Shown: positions 41,626-50,817 of the stretch, in pieces
How positions within the stretch are numbered: position 1 is the first letter of the stretch
Layout of the letters: every line of letters begins with the position of its first letter
DNA from: Cyanobacteria bacterium J06642_12
Lineage (GTDB): Bacteria > Cyanobacteriota > Cyanobacteriia > Thermostichales > PCC-7336
Direction: 5' to 3'
DNA length: 64,000 nt
NCBI GenBank assembly: GCA_039817825.1
Contig: JBCBVA010000004.1
Coordinates: forward strand, 7,912-71,911
Program-made: the position numbers and the translations under genes
The notes under the pieces: generated by a model
Told to the model about the DNA's origin: nothing
Database searches by the model: none
Seen by the model: only the letters and a program-made list of their open reading frames with translations

Positions 41626-43512
41626 ATGCCAGGAAAACACAGCCGTTCCAGCAATCACCATCCGGCCATTCAATTTTTAGGCTCGGTTCAACTAGCAGTA
41701 CCGCTGCTGGGAGCGATCGCAGCAATTTTGATCGGGACAACTCTGTACGAATCTCGTGTGGGGTCGGACATTGTTCAGCGGGAGATCTATAAGAGTGCTT
41801 GGTTCGGGCTATTGATGTTTCTGCTAGCCGTCAACCTCTCCGTTTCAGCGTTAACTCGATTCCCCTGGCGCGGTGCCCGCAAGATTGGTTTTGCTCTGAC
41901 TCACTTCGGTCTTGTCGTACTGATCGCCGGTTCGGCTGCGGTGATTCATGTTGGTATGGAAGGCATGCTGTCCTTGCGTACGGACGTTGCTGCCAATAAT
42001 CTACTCAGGCTGCAGGGAGAATTGCTGGAAGTTATGCAACCCGAGGGCACAACCAGTGCCGTTGATGTGGCAGTGTCGGCAGATGGCAAGGTTCAAGACC
42101 AGCAGGTCGGCGGATTAAGGCTGGTGGACTATCGCGAACGCACCCTGTCTGTGACTCGATTTAAGCCGGACGGAGTGGCTGACAATCCTGCCCTACATCT
42201 ATCTCTGACTAGTCAGAATATGGGGCAATCGGTGGAGCAATGGCTGGCGGTAACGCCGTCTAGCGCACAACAGGCTAATCTAGGCCCCGCCACACTACGG
42301 TTGGTAGCTGTCGATACGGACGCCGATCTCCGGGGCTTGATGGCTGCCCCATCCCAGGTTGCAGGCAAATGGGGAACGCTGGCGATCGTCAGTCGAGGGA
42401 AGACCCACGAGTTTGACGTGGAACAGTCTGTAGGACAAACCCTCCAATTACCTGGCAATGACTTGTCTGGCACTATCGCCGTCAACGTTGTCAACTTCTG
42501 GCCAGATTTTCGATTGAACAATCGCAACGAACCGGAAACGGTGTCCGACCAACTGCGCAATCCTGCCTTGCAGTTGCAGGTGAAGAGCCCGGCAGGAGTA
42601 GAGCGCTGGTTTGTGTTTGGCCGCTCTGATATTGAACCGGTACGAACGCTAGTGTCTGGTGACGCGATTGACGCGACGGTTACTTACCAGGCACCGACTC
42701 CTGAAGAGAATGTCTTTACGGCGATCGCCGTCTCCGATGGGCAGCTGTACTACACCGTCAACAGCTCCAAAGGATTCCAGTCGGGGCCTCTACAGCTCGA
42801 TACCCCCGTCGAGTTGGGATGGGCAGATTTTCAACTAACGGTCACAGACTGGCTCCCGCAGGCTCGGATTGAACGAGAGGTAGTAGATGCTTCGCAGACC
42901 GACAACTCGCAATCGGCCAGTGCGGTCCCGGCGGTGCTAGTCGAATCTCTAAGCGGCGATCGGCAATGGTTGCAGTGGGGGGAACCTCAAGCAATTTCCA
43001 ATCCGAGTTTAGATAACCCAGATGGCCAGCTATTTGCGATCTACAGTCCGAAATCAATGGAATTACCGTTTGCGGTTGCGCTTGAAGACTTCATCGTGGA
43101 GCGCAACGAAGGTGCCGAGTCTGTGGCGATGTGGACTAGCCAAATTCGAATTGACGATCCCGAGCTAGGTCAGCACACCTTTCGCAAAGTGTGGATGAAC
43201 CATCCCACCTGGTATCGCGGCTGGAAGATTGCTCAGGCGTCGTGGAATCCCGGCGACTTGCGGCAATCAACATTGCAGGTAAAGCGGGAGCCTGCCTGGG
43301 TAACGGCTTTTACCTGGACTGGCTCGTTATTAGTAGTCGCTGGAATTGGCGTGATGTTCTACGGGCAGGAGCTGGCCAAGAAATACCGTGAGCTCTTTGC
43401 TCGCGTCCGCAGTTCTGAATCCGGTTCGGACATTAGCTTGGAACCGAGTCTACCTACGGCCAGGCAACCCGCCATTGACGCTAACGATCGGTCTCCACAG
43501 ACATCATCCTAG
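41626..43512 (+). CDS. Second ResB/CcsB-like cytochrome c biogenesis protein
   Basis: GSVQLAVPLL..IGTTLYES, IYKSAWF, GFALTHFG (TM His), ELPFAVALEDF, MNHPTWYRGWKIAQAS, C-terminal TM. Confidence 0.85.
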   Translation: MPGKHSRSSNHHPAIQFLGSVQLAVPLLGAIAAILIGTTLYESRVGSDIVQREIYKSAWFGLLMFLLAVNLSVSALTRFPWRGARKIGFALTHFGLVVLIAGSAAVIHVGMEGMLSLRTDVAANNLLRLQGELLEVMQPEGTTSAVDVAVSADGKVQDQQVGGLRLVDYRERTLSVTRFKPDGVADNPALHLSLTSQNMGQSVEQWLAVTPSSAQQANLGPATLRLVAVDTDADLRGLMAAPSQVAGKWGTLAIVSRGKTHEFDVEQSVGQTLQLPGNDLSGTIAVNVVNFWPDFRLNNRNEPETVSDQLRNPALQLQVKSPAGVERWFVFGRSDIEPVRTLVSGDAIDATVTYQAPTPEENVFTAIAVSDGQLYYTVNSSKGFQSGPLQLDTPVELGWADFQLTVTDWLPQARIEREVVDASQTDNSQSASAVPAVLVESLSGDRQWLQWGEPQAISNPSLDNPDGQLFAIYSPKSMELPFAVALEDFIVERNEGAESVAMWTSQIRIDDPELGQHTFRKVWMNHPTWYRGWKIAQASWNPGDLRQSTLQVKREPAWVTAFTWTGSLLVVAGIGVMFYGQELAKKYRELFARVRSSESGSDISLEPSLPTARQPAIDANDRSPQTSS

Positions 43513-43671
43513 TGTCTTGTCAGGCTTCCAGCCTGGGATATTCATCTCTCGGCAAATACAGTGCAGTCAGCCTGGAAGCCGGTTCCCCACAGGCCCAGGG
43601 TTTGTACCGGTCTTCAGTCCAGTTCTCCCGCCTTCAGTCCCACTATTCTTTGTTCGAATCCTCTTCGCCTT

Positions 43672-45393
43672 ATGAAAGCTCTCAAGTTTGTTCTCGGCAT
43701 TCTGTTGGGCCTAGCCCTGATAGCCACACCTTTCAGCACTTGGCAACCAGCTCCAACGGCAGGATTGCAATCTCTAGCTGTGCAGCTAGACGGTCGCAAG
43801 AAGCCGCTAGACACTGTTGCCCGCGAAACCGTGACGCAAATTCATGGTTCCACGTCCTATCGTTTAGAGGGTGGGGTTCGCGAGGATTACTTCACTACCT
43901 TTATGGGGTTGTGGTTTAACGATCGTGATTGGAACCAAGAGCCATTTATTCTGGTGAACTACCGACCTCTCAAAGAGAGCGCCGGTTTGGATATCGAACG
44001 TAAGTATTTCAGTTTCAAAGAACTGATGCAGTCCAACCTGCCCGCCACGTTACGACAGGTGCGAGATAAACAAGCGGCAGAGGCCGAGCTATCTCGCGAC
44101 GCTCGCGAAGCACTGACCGTGGCCGATCGCATGTCTCTGATGCTGGAAACGGTGGCTCGTGACGAACTACCGCTGGTGCCCCATCCCACCGATCTCAAAG
44201 GCAAGTGGATGGGAATTCCGCAAGCTCTCGACAGTTATTCGGCAGATGAAGTTAGCGATCTGGCTGGCACGCTGGAGCTGATGAAGCTCACCTATGCCGG
44301 ACACAGAGCGCCGGAGGCAATCGAGCCGTTAGCTCTACAACTGCATACCCAATTGCAACAGCTGAGCCCTGAGATTTATCCAAGCGGGCGCACCCTATCC
44401 CGCGAAGTATTGTTCAATCGCCTGCACGCCTTCGGCAAAGCATGGCAAGTGTTTGCAGTCGCGTTTGTAGCCATGCTGGCTGTCACCTTTGTACCGCTAC
44501 CGAACTGGTATTGGCTGCCAATCGGCACATTTACCGCTGGCTTGGGGATTCAGCTCTACGGCTTTGCCTTGCGCGTCATGGTGGCCGATCGCCCTCCCGT
44601 CACGAACATGTACGAATCGGTTGTCTGGGTAGGATTTGGCATCGCTGCTTTGGCGCTAATCTTCGAACTCAAAAGCCGTGCTCGCTACTACCTATTGGCA
44701 GCAGCTCCTCTGTCCATCTTGGCTCTAGTGTTGGCCGACAGCCTACCCGCAGTTTTGGATGCCAGCATCCAGCCCCTCGTCCCCGTCCTGCGCGATAACT
44801 TCTGGCTCAGCGTTCACGTCCCCACCATCACCCTGGGCTATGCCTGCTTTGCACTGGCTATGGGGCTGGGGCACATCATGTTGAGTCAATACTGGCTGGC
44901 TCCAAACAATAAATCGCGAATTACCAAGCTCTCCAAGCTCAATTACAGCGTGCTTCAGGTGGGGATTTTGCTACTTGCTGCAGGGATCATTTTGGGTGGC
45001 ATTTGGGCCCACTTCTCGTGGGGACGGTTCTGGGGATGGGACCCGAAAGAAACTTGGGCGGCGATCGCCTTGCTCTGCTATCTGGCTCCGCTGCACGGAC
45101 GGTTTGTGGGCTGGGTGAATACGTTTGGCATGGCAATAGCCAGTGTTGTCTCCTTCAATGCTGTTCTCATGGCCTGGTATGGCGTTAACTTTGTGCTCGG
45201 TCAAGGTCTGCACAGCTACGGATTTGGAACGGGTGGTTCGGCTGGAATTGCGGCCCTGGTTGCTGCAGATCTCCTGTTCGTCGTAGCTACAGCAGTTCGG
45301 TACAAGTTTCTGACCAGCGCCACAAAATCCGATGAGTCTTCAAGTTCTGCGCTCGACCCAGTCCTTGTTCAGCAATCCACTCCGGCACAGTGA
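43672..45393 (+). CDS. ccsA: CcsA-type heme lyase with an extended N-terminal soluble domain
   Basis: PPVTNMYES, LVPVLRDNFWLSVHV, WWD motif WAHFSWGRFWGWDPKETW, GLHSYG; N-terminal QLDGRKKPLDT domain. Confidence 0.9.
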   Translation: MKALKFVLGILLGLALIATPFSTWQPAPTAGLQSLAVQLDGRKKPLDTVARETVTQIHGSTSYRLEGGVREDYFTTFMGLWFNDRDWNQEPFILVNYRPLKESAGLDIERKYFSFKELMQSNLPATLRQVRDKQAAEAELSRDAREALTVADRMSLMLETVARDELPLVPHPTDLKGKWMGIPQALDSYSADEVSDLAGTLELMKLTYAGHRAPEAIEPLALQLHTQLQQLSPEIYPSGRTLSREVLFNRLHAFGKAWQVFAVAFVAMLAVTFVPLPNWYWLPIGTFTAGLGIQLYGFALRVMVADRPPVTNMYESVVWVGFGIAALALIFELKSRARYYLLAAAPLSILALVLADSLPAVLDASIQPLVPVLRDNFWLSVHVPTITLGYACFALAMGLGHIMLSQYWLAPNNKSRITKLSKLNYSVLQVGILLLAAGIILGGIWAHFSWGRFWGWDPKETWAAIALLCYLAPLHGRFVGWVNTFGMAIASVVSFNAVLMAWYGVNFVLGQGLHSYGFGTGGSAGIAALVAADLLFVVATAVRYKFLTSATKSDESSSSALDPVLVQQSTPAQ

Positions 45394-45438
45394 GCTCGAT
45401 CCCCGCAAGTAGGTGCAATGGGTTGGCAAAACGCTGGC

Positions 45439-45603
45439 CTAATTGAATTTAGCTTTAGCCTGCTCGTATACCTCAGCAGTGATTTCAGTTGCTCCAGCCT
45501 CTTGAGCAAATTTTTCAATCTTCTTGCGGGCAGCCGGTCTGACGAAAAAGGGAATCTCCTTTAGTTTGGCTTCCGCTTCCGATGTCCATTGGGGTTTGCT
45601 CAT
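45439..45603 (-). CDS. Stand-alone PCP-reductase-family (ChlB C-terminal-like) small protein, not in the ORF track
   Basis: Manual translation MSKPQWTSEAEAKLKEIPFFVRPAARKKIEKFAQEAGATEITAEVYEQAKAKFN*, with the W..EA...L..IPFFVR signature. Confidence 0.88.
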   Translation of the reverse strand: MSKPQWTSEAEAKLKEIPFFVRPAARKKIEKFAQEAGATEITAEVYEQAKAKFN

Positions 45604-45992
45604 GCTGCGCTTCAAATCACTTGCAGCATTGTATATTGAGAGGCCACTTCGTCCGGCACATTTCAGCGGTGTGGATTTCTCGCAAAATCCAATCGATCGC
45701 TCTTCAAGAAAAATGTCAGATTTAGTAGCAACTGCTTACGAATTGGCAATCGATAATTGGCATGGAAGAGAAGGTCAATTTGCCAACATATGGCAAATCA
45801 AACTGAGGTATTGCCGGAATATTTACAAACGCAAGTAACAGGGTAAAAACGTTGTAATGCTTGTAGGGAATGGGCTACAGGCGCTGAACGGACAAAGGCT
45901 GCTGCGAGCATCACGAGAAACTAGCGATCGCGATCGCTCCCTTAAACGGGTGCTTAAGAGACTCTGAACTCATCCCGTTTAGGAGATTCATC

Positions 45993-46319
45993 ATGAATGC
46001 AAAACACCTCACCTTCGGTCTGTTTGGATTGGCTGTCACCCCATTTATTTTTGGTGCATCTGCCTCAGCTTGTACGCCAGCCCCCGACAATCCTGACGGA
46101 TGCGATGGCATCAATGGTGGCCGGATTCGCGTCCAGGTTCCACTTCGCCGAATTCAGCGGTGGCCAGGCCCTTTCCCTCCGACCTGCTTGTCTTGTCCAT
46201 CCCTACGAGAGGCAACATTAGAGGAACGCATTAACCCTAGCGCGCTGCAAGCCGAACAACTGAATCAACTTCAACATCAACACGTTCAACCTGCTTGGGA
46301 AGTGAGAACACCTCGATAG
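45993..46319 (+). CDS. Small secreted Cys/Pro-rich hypothetical protein
   Basis: AGGAG SD, signal peptide ending ASASA, and CTPAPDNPDGC and CLSC motifs. Confidence 0.65.
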   Translation: MNAKHLTFGLFGLAVTPFIFGASASACTPAPDNPDGCDGINGGRIRVQVPLRRIQRWPGPFPPTCLSCPSLREATLEERINPSALQAEQLNQLQHQHVQPAWEVRTPR

Positions 46320-46635
46320 TAGGCAAACAACAGCCACTCCAAGTCATACGACGCGAAGTGGTTGGGCGAGGACAGGTTGTGAACGTAACAGAGCAGTTGT
46401 TAAGGGGATTCCCGTGCACGTTCGTAGAGTATCTGGCCGGTGGTTTGCCTCACGAGCACCAAAGCCGATCGGATTCTATGCCAGCAAGCGGAACATCTTG
46501 AAGCAACGACTGCTCTACACAGCTGAGTCACTCGACAGAGTGATTCTGTCGATGCTGAAATCATCATGAGTCGGTATTCTGGCAGGCTCGCGTGCGCGCG
46601 GCTAGTTGCAACAGTTGCTTGTTGCAGCCGAATCC

Positions 46636-47289
46636 CTACAGCAACCAGGTTTGCTTGGAGAAATCTTCGCCATCCTGAGAAGGATTAGTCGTTGGAGCCA
46701 CCGGACGACGACCGTAGGCTAAGCCCTCGCCACCTGGAGCTGCTTTGGCTAACAAACCAGGACGACCGGGGGTTTTGCGGGGGGTAATGGCTTTGCTGCC
46801 ATTCTTTTTCGCTGATTGAGCGGTACTCAAGTCTTTGCGCAGCGAGGCATTTTCCTCTTCTAGCTGAGCGATCGCCTTTTGAGATTTGTCCAGCTCGGCC
46901 TTCAACTCGTTGGCTTTGTCGAGGTAACCACGCAACTCCTCCACGTATCCTTCTTTATCGTGGAGTTGGGCCTGCAGGTTTTCCGACTCGGTCTGCGATT
47001 CAGCCAGAGCCGCTTTCAGATCCTTCACCATGTCTTGCAAGTCCGCTTTGGTGGGGCCGGTGCTGCGGCGGGCGGTGCTGGTGCTCTTTGCTTTCGTGCT
47101 AGAGCTAGAGCCGGCGCGTTTTCGAGTGCCATTCGTACGCGCTTTACTCGTTCGAGTGCCATTAGTCATAGGAGCAGCTTCAACCTCGCGGGTGGGTTCG
47201 GATTCTGGCGGGGACAGTTCTAAGTGACCCGATTCCTCTTTCAACAGATCCGATAGTCGTTTCTTTGGGGCTCGTTTCGATTGCGTCAT
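46636..47289 (-). CDS. mcdB: Carboxysome positioning protein McdB (type 2-like)
   Basis: Coupled to a ParA-type gene by a TGATG overlap; charged N-terminus KKRLSDLLKEE, central coiled coil, Trp within the last residues (QTWLL). Confidence 0.75.
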   Translation of the reverse strand: MTQSKRAPKKRLSDLLKEESGHLELSPPESEPTREVEAAPMTNGTRTSKARTNGTRKRAGSSSSTKAKSTSTARRSTGPTKADLQDMVKDLKAALAESQTESENLQAQLHDKEGYVEELRGYLDKANELKAELDKSQKAIAQLEEENASLRKDLSTAQSAKKNGSKAITPRKTPGRPGLLAKAAPGGEGLAYGRRPVAPTTNPSQDGEDFSKQTWLL

Positions 47290-48068
47290 CAGTCCCTCCA
47301 ATCCCGCTGTAGCTCTTCGGCAACGCGGCGGTAATCTGCTTGGGCTTCGCGAGCCTGCTTACCCTTCCATTGGAGGATACTCATCCCTTCTAAGGCTGCC
47401 CGTTCGTGGGCTTTGTATGCACGCACGAACGCATGAAAGGCAGGAATACCTAGATCGAGGAGGGTATTTTGGGCCTCCATCGTCTCCCTCAAACTGCGAG
47501 GATCGACGCGGGTTAGTAGGACGCGGTAGCTCACATCAGCAGGGATTACAGCCGATCGCACGGTTTCGATCAGCGCCGCCAAATCTAAAGGAGCTGGGGG
47601 CGTTGGTAACACTAAATAGTCAGCAATAGCGATCGCCGCACTCAGTGCATCGGAAGCCAATGCGGGGGGAGTATCCACCACCACTACTCCATAATCCCCG
47701 ATTTTGGGCACGCGATCTAGCTGTGCAGTGTCTTGCACAGTCTGGACGTCAAACCCGATACCTATTTCGCTGCGTTTTGACCACCATGTCGCCGACCCCT
47801 GCGGATCGGCGTCCAGTAGCAATACACGGCTGTCTTCTGAAGAAAATGCCGCCGCCAAATTAATCGAGGAAGTTGTCTTCCCCACTCCTCCCTTGCCATT
47901 CACGACGGCAATCACCTTGGGGGAGCCCACTTGCTTTGAGCCCGATTGTTTGGAAGACTCCCGCGATTTCCCCCGGGTCGATCTGGCCCGAGCGGGGCTC
48001 TCTGAGGATACTGATTTAGCTGATGCTGATTTGGCTGATGTTGATTTGGTTCGCTGAGTTCTAGGCAA
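47289..48068 (-). CDS. mcdA: ParA-family ATPase, carboxysome positioning McdA (type 2-like)
   Basis: Deviant Walker A KGGVGKTT, DADPQGSATWW (double Trp), VDTPP. TTG start at 48068 chosen from an AGGAG SD (ORF open to 48116). Confidence 0.8.
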   Translation of the reverse strand: MPRTQRTKSTSAKSASAKSVSSESPARARSTRGKSRESSKQSGSKQVGSPKVIAVVNGKGGVGKTTSSINLAAAFSSEDSRVLLLDADPQGSATWWSKRSEIGIGFDVQTVQDTAQLDRVPKIGDYGVVVVDTPPALASDALSAAIAIADYLVLPTPPAPLDLAALIETVRSAVIPADVSYRVLLTRVDPRSLRETMEAQNTLLDLGIPAFHAFVRAYKAHERAALEGMSILQWKGKQAREAQADYRRVAEELQRDWRD

Positions 48069-48470
48069 GATCGACTCCTTGTATCTCTCCTCATGTCTCC
48101 TCAGGCATTCCCCCACTGGGTATGTCCGCCGGTGTGAAGCTGACCGGCTGCAGGGGTCAATCTACACACAACCTACTCTGTCGTTGTCCGGTTGGATTTA
48201 GTCCCGATACTTTATTTCCAAATTGCTGTCGCATTCTCGCAACAGTTGCCTTTCAGCCAATACCAGTTTCATTGCACAAATCGGAGTTTAAGCAGTCTCT
48301 AGCTCCCTCTTTTGCTTGGGGCAACATGCAAATAAGAGAGCTCGAACGCGGATCGTTCCGTTTGCATTGACTTGAGCTGGTATTCAGCTAAGACTGGTTC
48401 CCCTAAAATTCTCTCTGACTCTTCTCCTACAATTAGCCTGTCAGCATGCAGTTCGAATGGGGAGCCCTAC

Positions 48471-49361
48471 ATGAGTGTCATGGGTCTGGCAGCAGGGGAA
48501 ATCAGCAGTAGTGTTGCTCCCATGTTGGGAGTGTTTTCATCTCCGGGACCAATCTTGGTAGAAATAGGGCCTTTGGCAATTCGCTGGTACGGGCTATTGA
48601 TTGCGTCTGCTGTCTTTCTCGGCTTGGGGCTGGCTAGTTTTTTGGCCAAACGACGGACGGTCAATCCCGATTTGATGGGAGATTTGGTGGTCTGGTTAAT
48701 CGTTGGTGCCATCCCAATGGCCCGTCTGTATTACGTGGCATTTCGGTGGGAATTTTATCGCAATAACTTACAGGAGGTGGTGGCTATCTGGAACGGGGGC
48801 ATTGCCATTCATGGAGCCATTATTGGGGGAACCATTGCCACGCTGCTGTTTGCGCGATTGAACGCCATTCCATTCTGGAAGCTGGCCGATATTTTGGCCC
48901 CCTGTACAGTGATGGGACAGGCGATCGGCCGATGGGGAAATTTCTTCAATTCGGAAGCCTTTGGCGTTCCCACCGATTTACCCTGGCGACTCTACATTCC
49001 TTTCAACCGACGTCCCCCCGAACTGAGAGAGTTTGAAACCTTTCACCCAACATTTTTGTACGAATCGCTCTGGAACCTCGGGGTGCTGGCTATCTTGTTG
49101 GCTATTTTCTTTCGCGTTCCTAAGGCCAAACCCGGCACGCTTATTTGCGTTTATGCCATTGCCTACAGTCTGGGCCGGTTCTGGATTGAAGGACTGCGAA
49201 TCGACAGTCTGTATCTGGGGCCGCTACGCATTGCCCAGGTGATCAGTCTGGTGTTGATTGGTTTAGGTGCTCTTGGGCTGATCTGGCTGTACGTGCTAAA
49301 GCGACCGCTCCCCGATGTGGTTGCAGACTCTCGCGCTAGAAACGAAGAAGCGTCGGTATAA
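48471..49361 (+). CDS. lgt: Prolipoprotein diacylglyceryl transferase
   Basis: [43 protein letters not shown]. Start approximate. Confidence 0.95.
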   Translation: MSVMGLAAGEISSSVAPMLGVFSSPGPILVEIGPLAIRWYGLLIASAVFLGLGLASFLAKRRTVNPDLMGDLVVWLIVGAIPMARLYYVAFRWEFYRNNLQEVVAIWNGGIAIHGAIIGGTIATLLFARLNAIPFWKLADILAPCTVMGQAIGRWGNFFNSEAFGVPTDLPWRLYIPFNRRPPELREFETFHPTFLYESLWNLGVLAILLAIFFRVPKAKPGTLICVYAIAYSLGRFWIEGLRIDSLYLGPLRIAQVISLVLIGLGALGLIWLYVLKRPLPDVVADSRARNEEASV

Positions 49362-49440
49362 AGGCCGATCTACTGTTAGGATGCTGACCCCCAGTTGGTA
49401 ATTTGCAATCAAGTAGGTGGTTTGCCTAGTGCGGCCGATC

Positions 49441-50151
49441 TCATTCGGGCTCTTGTCCCCTACCCGTTGTGAGAGGTTCTATGCACTCCTGCACGTCGTT
49501 GCGAGGATTGTTCACTAAGGAACTGACTTCAGTGAGCAGCAGAGGTTCCGATTCGGTTCTCTGCAACAGTGCGATCGCCTCTTTCGCACTCTGAATCTGG
49601 GGATTCAGCCAATCGTCGTAGCAGTCTTGAGCCAAGATGACCGGCATGCGGTTGTGTACTGCCTTCACGATCGTATTTGCCGCTGTTGTCAGGATGGTAC
49701 AAGAATCGATTTCCTCTCCGTTCGGACCATTCCACTGACTCCACAACCCTGCAAACGCAAACGGTCGCCGATTGGCAAAGTGAATGTGAAACGGTTGCTT
49801 GCTCCCTTTGTTGGTCCTGCCGACTTCTTGTCTCCATTCGTAAAATCCATCTGCAGGGATCAGGCAACGCTTGTGGCGCAAAATCCCTTTGAACATGCGC
49901 TTCTCGGCAACCGTCTCCGCACGAGCATTGATAGGGCGTGGCCCTTTCTCATTTGGATTGTTGGCCCAAATGGGAATCAGCCCCCAGATGGCAAAGGCAA
50001 ATTCGGGATCGCCCCTCAAGTTCATTCGGATCGTTGCGATCGGCTGGGACGGTGCAATGTTGAAGCGAGGTAGTACCGGCGGTAATGGGTTGAGCCCAAA
50101 TAACTCTGCCACTTGCTCTGAAGAACTAGCCAACGAATAGCGACCGCACAC
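49441..50151 (-). CDS. SRAP (SOS response-associated peptidase / abasic-site crosslinking, YedK-like)
   Basis: MCGRY, RFNIAPSQ, INARAET, RCLIPADGFYEW, HNRMPVIL. Confidence 0.93.
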   Translation of the reverse strand: MCGRYSLASSSEQVAELFGLNPLPPVLPRFNIAPSQPIATIRMNLRGDPEFAFAIWGLIPIWANNPNEKGPRPINARAETVAEKRMFKGILRHKRCLIPADGFYEWRQEVGRTNKGSKQPFHIHFANRRPFAFAGLWSQWNGPNGEEIDSCTILTTAANTIVKAVHNRMPVILAQDCYDDWLNPQIQSAKEAIALLQRTESEPLLLTEVSSLVNNPRNDVQECIEPLTTGRGQEPE

Positions 50152-50252
50152 AGCTTTCTATCCCCTAGACGTTGCTCTACCCTAAGCTTTCTATCCCCTA
50201 GATTGTCTGTCCCCTAAATTGTCTATCCCCTAGATTGTCTATTCACCAGACT
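50152..50252. repeat. 16-bp degenerate tandem repeat upstream of the SRAP gene
   Basis: GTCTATCCCCTAGATT-like units at 50189, 50205, 50221 and 50237, plus a detached copy at about 50152-50170. Confidence 0.8.
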
Positions 50253-50379
50253 GCCTACCCCAATAATCGGCCCCCCTCAATCTGCATCCGGCCAGCCACC
50301 CATCAGGTGTTTCAATTGGCTGTCGCCGTTTGCAGGCTTGCCTCAGCCCTCAATCTCGCGTTGACAGATTGTTCGAGTC

Positions 50380-50646
50380 TTACCCCTTCGAGTCGTCATG
50401 CTGCCTAACCACGTCCCACTCAAACAGGTACACCGGGACATTCAGATGAGTCAGCTTTGCCAGGAAATCGACCGTGTCCCGATCTCGCGCCTGCGAACAC
50501 TGGGCACGGACTTCTTCAGGCTGGAGCCGACGATATGATGCCGCTACGCAGTTATCTCGCTGTCGAATTTCGTTGAGTAATTGATTGGCTTCTTTCTCTC
50601 CCGGAAGCACTCGTATTTCAGTCGCATGCACCAAAGGACGTTCCAC
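50380..50646 (-). CDS. Hypothetical 88-aa protein
   Basis: ORF in a gene gap, co-oriented with its neighbours; AGGTG upstream of the GTG start. Confidence 0.55.
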   Translation of the reverse strand: MERPLVHATEIRVLPGEKEANQLLNEIRQRDNCVAASYRRLQPEEVRAQCSQARDRDTVDFLAKLTHLNVPVYLFEWDVVRQHDDSKG

Positions 50647-50817
50647 TATACACCTGTAATCTCTTCAGCCGAGATGGACATTAGGCATGAACGTACGTCC
50701 TACCCACAGGTTTATTCAAATTAAATCCTGTGAATAACTCGTGAAGAATATATGTATTTGCGAACGCCCGGTTTTCAGAATGAAGAGATAGACAATTCCC
50801 AGCCAGAAATGACCCCC

